A DNA stretch of 64,000 bases. It comes from an uncultured Planctomycetota bacterium. GTDB taxonomy: Bacteria; Planctomycetota; Planctomycetia; Gemmatales; Gemmataceae. The stretch covers positions 608,001 through 672,000 of the forward strand of contig CAWKHF010000007.1 of assembly GCA_963849325.1 (NCBI GenBank). Reading direction: 5' to 3'. The translations under genes and the position numbers were made by a program. Shown piece after piece: positions 44,438-54,656 of the stretch (position 1 is its first letter; every line of letters begins with the position of its first letter). Under the pieces are notes generated by a model. The model did no database searches. It was not told the origin of the DNA and worked only from the letters and a program-made list of their open reading frames with translations.

Positions 44438-45006
44438 CCGGACAAGGACTCGTCCTGCCTCCCGCCGCCATCGACGCCTGCTGCCTGTTCGACCTATTGG
44501 CATCGGGGAATGTGGAAGCGATCCTCCGCGCCAGCGGCTTTTCGTGGCAACTGCCTTCTGCCGTGCGGGGCGAGGTCCAGTACGTTCGCCAGCACGACCC
44601 CGCGCAACCGGGGAAGATTGTGAAGGTTCCCGCCGACCTGTCGGCGCTCATCGGTTCGGGGCTGCTCACGGCCTGCGACCCGCAGGACCAGCAGGAGTTG
44701 GACCGCTTCACTCACTACGCCACGCTGTTTCGCTCGGATAGCGAGTCGATGTGTCTGGCCCTTGCCGAACGGCGGAGATGGGTGGTCGCAACGGATGATC
44801 GGAAAGCGATTCGGGTCGCCCAGCAGGCGGGTTTGACGGTGGTGTCCTGCCCCGAACTGGTCAAGGCATGGGCGGCTGCGGCTGGCCCCGATCAAACTAC
44901 GCTCGTCAAAGTGTTGCAAGACATTCAAGTGCTTGCCCAGTTCAAACCAAACCCCGTCATGCCTGAGCATGGATGGTGGGTCGCTCAACTTGCCTCCAGT
45001 CCTTGA
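44434..45006 (+). CDS. PIN-like domain protein translationally coupled to the XRE-peptidase
   Basis: ATGA overlap; IDACCL, V..EV, SESMCLALA, ATDDRKA acidic PIN pattern. Confidence 0.72.
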   Translation: MTGQGLVLPPAAIDACCLFDLLASGNVEAILRASGFSWQLPSAVRGEVQYVRQHDPAQPGKIVKVPADLSALIGSGLLTACDPQDQQELDRFTHYATLFRSDSESMCLALAERRRWVVATDDRKAIRVAQQAGLTVVSCPELVKAWAAAAGPDQTTLVKVLQDIQVLAQFKPNPVMPEHGWWVAQLASSP

Positions 45007-45149
45007 CCGGATTCGGCTCTTCCCATCATTCTTCTCGCCAGATCGCACTTCCTTCGTAACTGAGAACTGGAGTTCCCCACGAAAAGTGAGCGCGGGGTTA
45101 AGGGTTACGCGGCTTGTTCATACTCGACCGGGGACAGGTAGCCCAAGGC

Positions 45150-45227
45150 CGGGTAGTGTCCTAGGATTGCGTTGATCCGTCCCAGCCCGGTGCCGGGACG
45201 ATCAACGCAATCCTAGGACACTACCCG
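45150..45227. repeat. MITE-like element with 28-bp perfect inverted repeats
   Basis: CGGGTAGTGTCCTAGGATTGCGTTGATC...GATCAACGCAATCCTAGGACACTACCCG. Confidence 0.8.
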
Positions 45228-45247
45228 TCGCTCCGAAGGTGCATCTC

Positions 45248-46459
45248 ATGAACTCACGCTCTCGTACTCGGTGGCCCTTGCTGTTGACGGGCGTCGTCGT
45301 GGGCTTGCTTGGTTCCTGCTGGTCGGTTGCACCTCGATCAACCGGCGATGCGGGAACTCCCTCGGCTCCGCATCGTACCCGTATCTATGACCCCGATCCC
45401 CAACACCTGTGGAACCGCTTGTACGAGGCATCCCGAGCCCTGATCAAGGGCGCGGAAACGAGTGATCCGTGGGAGCTCGACCCGTTCCTTTGGAGGTCGG
45501 ACGCCTATGTGTTTACCGGGGAGGCGCAGAAAACAGCTCTTGAGGTGCTCGACGACTTCATTGCCAAGGACGGCCACACCCTGGTCAACGATCCGCTCAA
45601 GCGAGCGCTTCTCCAGCGTGATCTCTGGATGCTTTTTGACTCCCTGGAGCCGCCGCGATGGGGGGCCGCCAGGAAGAATCCCCAGACGGAACTCGCCAAG
45701 CGCGTGGCCCGGATTATTCCACGGCTTAGCCTGACAACCGAAGAGATCAAGAGGCTGCCCAATAACTATGCCGAAGCCGTTGCCGCCAAGGAGGCCTGGT
45801 TCCTGCCGAGCGGCCTCTGGGAGCCCAAAGGCCCCTGGGTATTACTCGGCGACGAGTCGCATTTACCGCTGGCCTTGAATCACGTTCATTTTTTTGGCGG
45901 TCGCTCCACCTTCTTCGTGTTCCTGCGGATGCCGGGCGGGCGCGAGAAGACCGAGCAGTTGCTCGACAATCTGCGAAAACGAGGCCCGGACGCCACGCCA
46001 CTCTCTGCGGAAACCCAGGTAGTGCTAGTGCGGCAGATGCAACTGATCAATGATCAGGGCAAGCCCGTGACGACAAGTGTAACCGAAAGCCTGCAAATGC
46101 GCGGCCAAGGGGTTTTTGAACTGAAGTTGAGTCGCCGGGCGTTCCTGGAAGGAAAGCCGAGTCTCAAGGTCGTAGGTGAGGATGACCGCGAACGCGACTA
46201 CCTTCTGTTTATGGGCCACAACGCTGGCGATGGGCCGAGCAAGGTTCTGAATTCTTGCTTCCATTGTCACCAGCGGAGAGGCATCAATTCGGTGCTCAGT
46301 TATGGGCGATTCAAACCGCTTCCGCTGACCCCCACGGTGTCGCCCGCGTTGATCGCAACCAAACGGGAGGACGAGGAAATGGGGAGCAGAGTCTGGAAGG
46401 GGAATCGTTACGAATGGGGATTGCTGCGAGGGTTGATACATAGAGATATTGATAAATGA
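45248..46459 (+). CDS. Hypothetical exported (lipo)protein with a CxxCH motif
   Basis: LLGSC lipobox-like signal; SCFHCH near the C-terminus. Confidence 0.7.
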   Translation: MNSRSRTRWPLLLTGVVVGLLGSCWSVAPRSTGDAGTPSAPHRTRIYDPDPQHLWNRLYEASRALIKGAETSDPWELDPFLWRSDAYVFTGEAQKTALEVLDDFIAKDGHTLVNDPLKRALLQRDLWMLFDSLEPPRWGAARKNPQTELAKRVARIIPRLSLTTEEIKRLPNNYAEAVAAKEAWFLPSGLWEPKGPWVLLGDESHLPLALNHVHFFGGRSTFFVFLRMPGGREKTEQLLDNLRKRGPDATPLSAETQVVLVRQMQLINDQGKPVTTSVTESLQMRGQGVFELKLSRRAFLEGKPSLKVVGEDDRERDYLLFMGHNAGDGPSKVLNSCFHCHQRRGINSVLSYGRFKPLPLTPTVSPALIATKREDEEMGSRVWKGNRYEWGLLRGLIHRDIDK

Positions 46460-46476
46460 TGAGCGATATTCCCGAG

Positions 46477-46670
46477 GCACCCGTTCCGTTGGTTGGTAGG
46501 AGTTGGGGTGCGGGAAGGTCAGCGCGATGAGCGACCAGCGCCTCATACAAGGAGTCCAGTACCGGCCGACCTTGCAACCTCCGCGTCCGCACCACCGTCA
46601 GCAGCCGCTCCACGAACCGGCAGCCCGACTCGCTCTGGCTACCGAACGACTTCTTCCGCCACAGCACCGC
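46477..46670 (-). mobile_element. IS66-family transposase 3' remnant with degenerate terminal repeat
   Basis: AVLWRKKSFGSQSESGCRFVERLLTVVRTRRLQGR..PAPQLLP; GCACCCGTTC resembles an IS66 end. Confidence 0.75.
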
Positions 46671-46698
46671 TAGGAAAACGAGGTGATGGGCACGAGAA

Positions 46699-46799
46699 CC
46701 TTCAGAGGCTCTAACAAAATGTGGCAACACGTTTTCAACGTGTTGGATTGTACGGCACGTTACAAACGTGCCGCCACATTCTGTTAGCGCCTCTCAAGG
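46699..46799. repeat. Complete copy of the 81-bp element: nested palindrome with imperfect terminal IRs
   Basis: AGAGGCTCTAACAAAATGTGGC...GCCACATTCTGTTAGCGCCTCT enclosing two ACGTT..AACGT hairpins. Confidence 0.9.
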
Positions 46800-46943
46800 A
46801 GTTGTTCACGGGAATGTCGAATTGCAGTGTCTTGACTCCGAGAGCAGTGCCCAGGCGGCTCTTTCCGCGCAGAGCGGAATCCCCGCACGAACCACCAACA
46901 ATCAGTACATTGAAATTTGTTTTCCATCTGTGTTCATCTGTGG

Positions 46944-49478
46944 TTAATTGGTTATGCCTGCAGCGACGAGGGACGCCACCCGGCCGCGGAGACGATTGAT
47001 CTGTCCCTTGCCGTCGGGATGGACCCGGTTGCTCAGGAAGATCACCGCCGTCTGGCTGCTCGGATCGATCCAGATGGAAGTGCCGGTGAAGCCGGTGTGG
47101 CCGAAGCTGTCGGCGGAGAAACCGTCGCCACGGTTGGAGGAGAAGCGCGTCCGCACGTCCCAGCCGAGGGCGCGGAGACCGCCGGGGACCGGCCGAGGTG
47201 TGGTCATCAGGCGAACCGTGGCGGGACGGAGGATGCGCTGGCCGGCGTAGCTGCCCTGGTTGAGGATCATCTGGGCGAAGACGGCCAGGTCGTCGGCCGT
47301 GGAGAACAATCCGGCGTGGCCGGCCACGCCGCCGAGGAGGTAGGCCCGTGGGTCGTGGACCTCGCCGCGCATCCAGCGACCGTCGCGCTTCTCCGTGGGC
47401 GCGGCCCGTTCGGCCAGTGCTTTTTCCGGGCGAAACGTCGTCTCGCGCATCCCCAGCGGCTCGAAGACGTGCTTGCGGGCGAAGACGTCAAGCGACTCGC
47501 CGCTGATGCGCTCCACCAGTTCGCCCAGCAGGATAAAGTTGACATCCGAATAGAGGAACTTGACCCCCGGCTCGGTGAGAGGCTGAAGTCGGCACATGCG
47601 CTCCAGCGCTTTCTTTCGTCCGTCCTTGTAATCGCCGACCGGATTGTCCGCGATCAGTCCGCTGGTGTGGAGCAGAAGCTGTTCGACCGTGATTCTCTCC
47701 TTGCCGCCCTGGCCGAAATCCTCCAGGTGCCGCGCGACGCGATCCGACAGACGGAATTTCCCCTGTTCGACCAGGACCATGATGGAAGTGGCGGTGGCGA
47801 TGGGTTTGGTCAAGGACGCCAGGTCGAAGACGGTATCAACCGTCATGCGAACCTCGGCGGGCTGCTTGCTCCTCAGCCCGTAGGCCTTGCGGAAGACGAT
47901 TTTCCCCTGGTGGACCACGAGGACGACGGCACCGGGAAGGCGGCCCTGCTCGATGGCCTCTGCTACGACGCCATCGATTTGCTGGAGCTTCGCCGCGTCT
48001 TGCAGACCAGACAAGGAGACACCAACTCCGGTTCTCTTCTCCTTGTCTCCTTGTCTCCTTGTCTCCTTGTCTGGTTTGCTGGGGAGGGCGCGGCCGACTT
48101 TCCCGGCCAGCTCGCGCACCTTGGCGACGAGGAGGTCTTGCACCTTGGCGTCGAACAGGCCGATGCCGCCCGTGTACAGGCCCCGCGTCTCGTAGCCGCC
48201 TTCACGCAGAACACGGGCCGATGGCAGGTAGCCGAACACGTCGTTGCAGTACGCGGCCAGCCAGAGCTGGTTCGGACCCAGCGCCTTCTCCAGCAGTCCG
48301 ACGTAATCGACCACCACCTCGCCGGACAGGGCAACCAGCGTCAAATCCTCATCGAACTGCCACACGGCGACGGGGCAGTTGTAGTGCGTCGGCAGCTTGT
48401 CGCCGCGGTCGAGGACGGCCAGCATTCGCTTGGCAATCCACGCCTGCATACCCCCTTTGCCCGCCGCTTGTTTCCGCAATTCCTCGCGGGAGGGCGGTGC
48501 TTGCAGCGGTAGAGCGGCCTGATCGAAGGCGAGCCGCAGCGGCCCTCGGACGGGACGCAACTTGCTCTCCAACACCCGGCAAACTTCTTTGCCCAGGGTG
48601 GCGCCATGCTCGCGGGCCAACTCCATCGTGCCGCGCGGATAGGGGTTGGCATCACCGGCGCAGCCGATCAGGAACATCGCCTGCACCGAGGGATGTTTGT
48701 CCTCGATGTAAGCCTGGGCGAAGCCGGCGTAATCGCCGCACAGCTCATAATGCTGGCCCGTCAAGGTGGTGCCGTGGACCGCCGCGCCGAAGAGCACGGC
48801 GCGGAGCTTGCCCTCCGGCGTGTCGATGCGGAGCACGGGCGCACTGCGGTCGGCATGGCCGCGCGGATTGACGCCGAGAATGACGCCCTTGGGCGTGAAC
48901 TCGCGCCGGTTCATCACGAAGGGAACGACACCGACGCCCCGCGACAGCCGGGCCGGTTCCAGATGGGCCATTGCTCGCTGCACCAGTTCGACGATCTTGT
49001 CCTGCAATTGGCGCGTGTATTCCACGTTCCGTTGCAGTTCCGCGGGGGTCAGCCCGTCGCCGTCCGCGCCGTTGAGGGTCAACATCGGCCCCGTGTGCGT
49101 GTGCGACGAGTTGAGCAGGATTTGCTCGCGCTTCAGGCCGGCTTTTTCGCGCAGGCGCCGGCAAATCGGCTCGGCGACGGCGGCGGGGAAGCCGACCAGG
49201 TCGCTGGTCACAAGCACGGCCCGATGTCCCTCCCGATCTTCGAGGACCAGCGCCTTGGCGTAGAGATCGGCTTCCACCTTGGTAAACGGCTTGTTGCGCG
49301 AGGCGTAGCCGGCGAGGAACACCGGACGCTCCGGCGTGATCTTCACGCGGGCCAGTCCGACTTTCCACTCCGGCTCGGCGGCAGCGCTCCGGGGAGCGAT
49401 CGCCAGGACCGCGACCACGGCGACGCAGCTCATCCACCGAACCGCGTTTCCGGCAAACCGAATAGCCATGACCATCAC
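46944..49478 (-). CDS. Fusion: neutral/alkaline ceramidase-like N-terminal domain + serine hydrolase (beta-lactamase fold)
   Basis: SHTHTGP, AVHGT, GCAGDANP; ASLTK (SxxK), YSD, GHAGLFS, GHTGFTGT. Confidence 0.85.
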   Translation of the reverse strand: MMVMAIRFAGNAVRWMSCVAVVAVLAIAPRSAAAEPEWKVGLARVKITPERPVFLAGYASRNKPFTKVEADLYAKALVLEDREGHRAVLVTSDLVGFPAAVAEPICRRLREKAGLKREQILLNSSHTHTGPMLTLNGADGDGLTPAELQRNVEYTRQLQDKIVELVQRAMAHLEPARLSRGVGVVPFVMNRREFTPKGVILGVNPRGHADRSAPVLRIDTPEGKLRAVLFGAAVHGTTLTGQHYELCGDYAGFAQAYIEDKHPSVQAMFLIGCAGDANPYPRGTMELAREHGATLGKEVCRVLESKLRPVRGPLRLAFDQAALPLQAPPSREELRKQAAGKGGMQAWIAKRMLAVLDRGDKLPTHYNCPVAVWQFDEDLTLVALSGEVVVDYVGLLEKALGPNQLWLAAYCNDVFGYLPSARVLREGGYETRGLYTGGIGLFDAKVQDLLVAKVRELAGKVGRALPSKPDKETRRQGDKEKRTGVGVSLSGLQDAAKLQQIDGVVAEAIEQGRLPGAVVLVVHQGKIVFRKAYGLRSKQPAEVRMTVDTVFDLASLTKPIATATSIMVLVEQGKFRLSDRVARHLEDFGQGGKERITVEQLLLHTSGLIADNPVGDYKDGRKKALERMCRLQPLTEPGVKFLYSDVNFILLGELVERISGESLDVFARKHVFEPLGMRETTFRPEKALAERAAPTEKRDGRWMRGEVHDPRAYLLGGVAGHAGLFSTADDLAVFAQMILNQGSYAGQRILRPATVRLMTTPRPVPGGLRALGWDVRTRFSSNRGDGFSADSFGHTGFTGTSIWIDPSSQTAVIFLSNRVHPDGKGQINRLRGRVASLVAAGITN
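48004..48077. repeat. GACAAGGAG 9-mer tandem/inverted repeat (family H) in frame at the domain junction
   Basis: Four tandem CTCCTTGT(C) units plus an inverted unit; encodes KPDKETRRQGDKEKRTGVGVSLSGL. Confidence 0.85.
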
Positions 49479-49494
49479 CTTTCGTCAAATCGAC

Positions 49495-52400
49495 TCATTC
49501 TTTCGGTAGGGGTAGCAATTGGATCGATTTCAGGTCGATCAAGGGGGTGAAGATGCGTTTCGCCGAGCGGAAGGTCAAGCGCTGCCGGCCGGCCGGCAGG
49601 ACGATCTCGCCGACCTTCGCCTGCCGATAATTGTCCCAACTGCCGGTCGAGTCCACCTTGCCCGTCATCTGGTTCAGCCCGGCTTGCAGCAGGAACATCT
49701 TGCCGGCCGAACTTTCGTCGCAGGCCCAGTCCAACCACACCGCGTACTTGCCCGCTCGCGTCACTTCCACCGACCAGACGGCATGATCGTCCTGGCTACT
49801 CCAATAGCCGAGGTTGCCGTATTTCTTCTCCCGTATCAGCGTGCTGCCGTAGATCTCGCCGTTGGCGGCCGACAACAACAGCGAGCCATCCCCAGCCGGC
49901 CGCACCAGTTCCGGCCTGTTCCCCTCGAACGTCTTCCTCCGCGGCTGTGGTCCCACCGTGCCGACGTGGGCGATCACGTCGGCGAGATCCTGGGGCTTCA
50001 GTTCTTTCTCCAACCCTTCGGGCATGGCCGATTTCCCGGTGCTGCTCAGTTCTTCGAGGTCGCCGCGGAGGATGACGTTTGCCTTGCCGTCCGCTCCGAC
50101 CAGCGTGATACTGTTGCCGGTCTCGCTGACGAGGACGCCCGAGAAGACGCGACCGCCCTTGGTCGTCGCGGTGTAGCCGACGTAACGATCCTCGACGGCC
50201 CGGTTGGGATCGAGGATGGCGAGGAGCAGTGCTTGCGACGACTTGTCTCCCAGCGAGGCCAGGTCCGGCCCGACGGCGTTACCGACGCCACCGAGTTGGT
50301 GACAGGTGGCGCAATGCTTGCCGAACAACTCGGTGCCGCGCCGGGCATCGCCTTTCAGGGCGAGCACGGACTGATTCGCCTCGATGACCTTCTGTCGATC
50401 AGGGTTGACGGCGTCGGCGAATAGCTCGGCCGCACGGCGTCGGACGTCGGCTGAGCGGTGCGTCAACAGACGCTGCCGTCGCACGGCGTTGATCTCGGCG
50501 GGCGTGATTTGCTTGTTCTCCAGCGCCGCCAGGACCGCCTTCAACCACTCCGCGCGGGCGAAGAGAACGTCGAGCACCTGATTGCGCTGCGCCGGCGCGT
50601 ACCCCTTCCAGCCGCGCAGAAGCAACGTCGGCACTTGCCCCGCTCGCAGTCGGCCAAGGGCGGCGATGGCGGCGGTTTGCAGGCCGCCCGGCGTCTGCGG
50701 CGACAGGAGATCGGCCAGGACGCCCCGGTCTTTTTCCTGACCATCCAGGCCCCGGCCGAGGAGTCGGATCGCCAGGAGTTTATCGGACTCGGCCGACCGG
50801 CTATCGGCCAGGACGGCACGAGCGGCATCGAACAGGCCCGCCAATTGTTTCAGGGCCGCACGGACTTCCTCATCCCCTTCCTCGCGCAGCCGAGCCAACG
50901 GCGTGTTTCGCTCGTCGAGAGCGTCGAGCAAGCCGGCCAGGGCGGCGAACTGCCAGGAGGCGTATCGCCCTTTCTCCGCCGTACTCACGGCGGTTAGCAG
51001 CGTGACCATCGCTCGCTTATCGCCCACGGCGTTCGCCATGCGGAGAAGGGACTCGACCAGCGCCGCCGGAGGAGGCGTCTTCGCGCTGCCCTTGAGGACC
51101 GCCAGCAACACGCGGTCGAGGTTCTGGCGATGTACCGAACTCATCACCGCCGCCGTCAGGAATCGATCGCCGGCATTCTCCAGCGCGAGTCGGCCCAGGA
51201 CATCGCCGGCCCGCGCGTCCGCCCATTCGCCGAGTGTGTAGGCGAGCTGCATGCGGACCTGCGGATCGGCGTCGGAAACGAGCTTCACCAACTCGGCGCC
51301 CAACTCGGGCGACTTCGCCAGCTGCCGTTCGCACAGCCGGATCGCATGGCGGCGGACGCCGGGGTGCGGGTCGGCCAGCGCCCGGCGCAGCAGGACTGGC
51401 GTGAGAGCGTTCAGCCCGTCGAGGGTGCAGAGCGCGTGTAGCCGGCCGAGCGGCCGCTGACAATTCACCGTCAGTCTCTCCAGCGGCGCGACGGCGGCGC
51501 TATCCTTGCGTCCAAGCAGCATTTGCTGGGCCGTGTCGCGCTGCCAGCCGTTGGGACTGTCCAGGGCGGCGACCAGTCCCGCCGTGTCGAGACGGTCGAG
51601 GCGGGGGATCGGTCGCGGCGGATGGCCGACCGGGTAGACGCGATAAATGCGTCCCTTGTCCTGACCGGCCCGCAGATCGAGCCGCTTCTGCCAGTCCAGC
51701 GGAATCCATTCGGGATGCTCGATCACGGCCCGGTACATGTCGGCCACCCACAGGGCGCCGTCCGGCCCGGTTTGAATCGACGTGGGACGGAACCAGTTAT
51801 CGCTGGAAGCCAGAAATTCGGACTGCTGCTCGTCCGGGCGCGGCGGCTGCTGAAGGTGATGCCGTGCGGCGTCAGGACTTCGCGGTGAATCAGGTTGTGG
51901 ACGGGTTCGCTGACGAACGTGCTGCCGGCGAAGGCCGGGCCGAACAGCTCGTCGCGGTAGACGATGGCGCTGCACGCCGACGTGAAGTGGTTGGCCGCGC
52001 CGGGATCGTTGAAGCGTGGCAGAGTGCGGCTGATGGGAAACACGGCCGCGGCGCCCGGCGTAACGGAGACCGGAACGCGCGGATCGGGAGCGGCGAGATG
52101 AGGATTGCGACGGACATAGGGATCGGCCAGGACGAAATGCCACATCGGGTTACTGTTGTTGCAGCCGAACCAGTTGCCCCAGTCATCGCGGCTGCGGCCG
52201 TACTGCGTCTGACCGGACTGGGCGTCCAGGCCGCCGTCATCGGGACGAATGCGCAGGTCGCGGCCGCGCGTGTCGATGGCGACGCCGGTCTGGAGCGACT
52301 TGATCTTGCCGCCGCTGTCGCCGTTGGCGCAGTAGATCCAGTTGTCCAGGCCCCACACCAGGCCGTTGACGCGATGCTGCGGATTGCCTTGCCGAAAGCC

Positions 52401-54656
52401 GGTGTAGAGCGGGATGCGCCGGTCGGCCTTGCCGGTGCCCCTGGTGTCCTCGGCGTAGAGGATGTCCGGGGCGCACGTCACCAGCACGCCCTTGCGCCAC
52501 GGCAGCACGCTGGTCGGAAAGCTCAGCCCATCGAGGAAGACGGTGGCCTTGTCGTACTTGCCGTCGCCGTCAGTGTCCTCCAGGTATTTGACCCGGCCGC
52601 CCGGCTTGCCCTTGTTGTCCAGTCCGAGCGGATAATCGCCCATCTCGACCACCCACAGTTTGCCGTCCGCTCCCCAGGCGAAGGCGATCGGGCTTTGCAC
52701 CAGCGGTTCGGCGGCGACCAGTTCCACCTGAAAGCCCGGCCGGGTACGGATGGAACGCAGCGAGGCTTGCGGCGTTTTCGCCTCGGGAGGGACGCCCGCC
52801 AGCAGTTCGTTGAAGGAGCGGCGCGCAACGTGGTCCTTCAGGCGATCCGTGTGCTCATTTTGCGCCCACAAGTGTCGTGAATGGAACCAGGCGCCATTAT
52901 TTGTCCCCTTGTGCGCGATCGCCGGTATGTCTCCCTTGTCGCCGCGCGTGCCGGACTTCACCTGCCGCGACCAGCCCCCCTTCATCGACACGAATAGATG
53001 GATCGAGTAACGATCCTCATTGGAGAAAATCACATCCTCGTGACCATCTTCGTCGAGGTCCACGAAGCGCAAACCGTTGTCCTGTCCCTCGGCGTTGACG
53101 AGCGACGTACCGGCCGGCAGCGCGAAGGGCAACCGCATCCATCGCTTGTCTTGCTCCGACCAGCGGAGAATCGCCTGCTGTTTCTCGTTGCTGACGATCA
53201 ATTCGCAGCGGCCATCCCCGTCGATGTCGCGGAATCGTACTCCACCATCGCGGCCTGCGCGGCTCGTGAAAACCTTCTCTCCTCCCACCTCCAGGCCCGC
53301 CAGGAGTCTTTTATCTTCGACCCATTTGCCCTTCTCGAAATGCCAGGCGCCGGCGGCCGACTCGTTGCGAACGAGCAGGGACGCCTGCCCATCGGGCCGC
53401 ACGATGCCGAAACGCGCCCCCGTGTTCGTCAGCGACACCGGCGCGTCCCCAGTGATCCACGTTCCGTTTCGGGACGACCATACGCGCGTCTGTCGGACCT
53501 TGTCGTTGCCGATGACCACGTCCATAAAGCCGTCGTTGTCCAGGTCGAGCAGGCGCACGCCGTTGTCCCGTCCGTCGGCGGCGCGGAGTGTCTGACCGCC
53601 GAGCAGGTTCTTGTTCAACCGCTCCTGTGCCTCGCGGAAGGTCAGAAACTTCACCTTCTTGCCATGCTTGGCGACCGCGTGCTCAATGAGATCGACGATC
53701 TGCTCGTTGCGGACCCAGCCGTGCGGATGAAAGATCAGGCAGAACACGCCTTGTTTCACGACCGTCGCGTCGAGGGCGGCCTTCCAGTCGCGGATCGTGA
53801 CGGGATTGTTCGACTGATGCCGGTGCTGTGCCACCCAATCGCTCGGCATGACACAGGGGAACTCCCAGCACAGCCGGCCGATTACATAGGGATAGGGATA
53901 GTTCTCGATGGTGTTGACGAACGTGCGATCCGTCGGCAGGTATTTGCGGAAGCGGTCCTGGCCGTCGGGATCGAGGACCAGCTCGCGCGGCAGCTCCGGA
54001 TCGTCGGAGGTGAGGATGTTGAGGACGGACGAATCGAGCGTGAGAAAGTTGCCCCCCCTCACCCTACCCTCTCCCCCCTGGGGGGGAGAGGGTAGGGTGA
54101 GGGGGGTCGTGCGGTTGAAAATCTCGGCGAAAAACCGGGGGCTGGGCGTGTTGAGCGAGTCGCAGCAGGGCATGCGGAACGCCACCGGCCTGCTGCCCGG
54201 CACGGCGCTGAGCAGATCGACGCAGCGCTCGTAGGTGGACCTGGCCCTGGCGAAATCGCCGCCCTGCAAGAAAGGACAGGGATGGTCGAACGTGTGCGTT
54301 TCCAGGCTCAGTCCCTCTTTCAGCCAGACCTGCAATCGAGCATCTTTCGGATCGAGCCGATTCGTCATGATGCTCACGGGCGCCCGGCCGTCGATTCGCT
54401 GGAGGCGCTGCAAGATCGGCCGCAGGAACCTCTCGTAGCGATCCGGATCGCGCATGTCGTCGATGGCGAGGATGACGACGGCTTCCACCCCTTCCTCGCC
54501 GACCCACTGCGGCGTGAGGAGCTTGGGGGAGTGACGGCCGACGTGGTAGGGATCGCTTTCGTCGAGATAGGTCAGCCGATTACCTGCGGCAGCCGGCGCG
54601 ATCAGGGGAGTCATGAGAAGAAGTCCCAGGGAAAAAGTGTATCGGGGCCGCAACAT
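49495..54656 (-). CDS. Giant PVC-type heme-binding protein: deacetylase-like + FG-GAP/VCBS + GSDH-like propeller + HEAT + cytochrome c + CBM-like; frameshift ~51840
   Basis: AIDD, HTFDHP, RMPC; DLDNDG repeats; AAEPLVQSP, WGLDNW; CATCH; TGSWDNY. Confidence 0.85.
54053..54106. repeat. Palindrome family C inserted in frame in the PVC heme protein
   Basis: CCCCCCTCACCCTACCCTCTCCCCCC..GGGGGGAGAGGGTAGGGTGAGGGGGG; encodes PLTLPSPPQGGEGRVRG. Confidence 0.88.

Noticed and set aside
46870-46897. Possible attR (TCCCCGC..ACCA) copy of the tmRNA 3' end
   Set aside because: Only ~7 nt match, too short to support.
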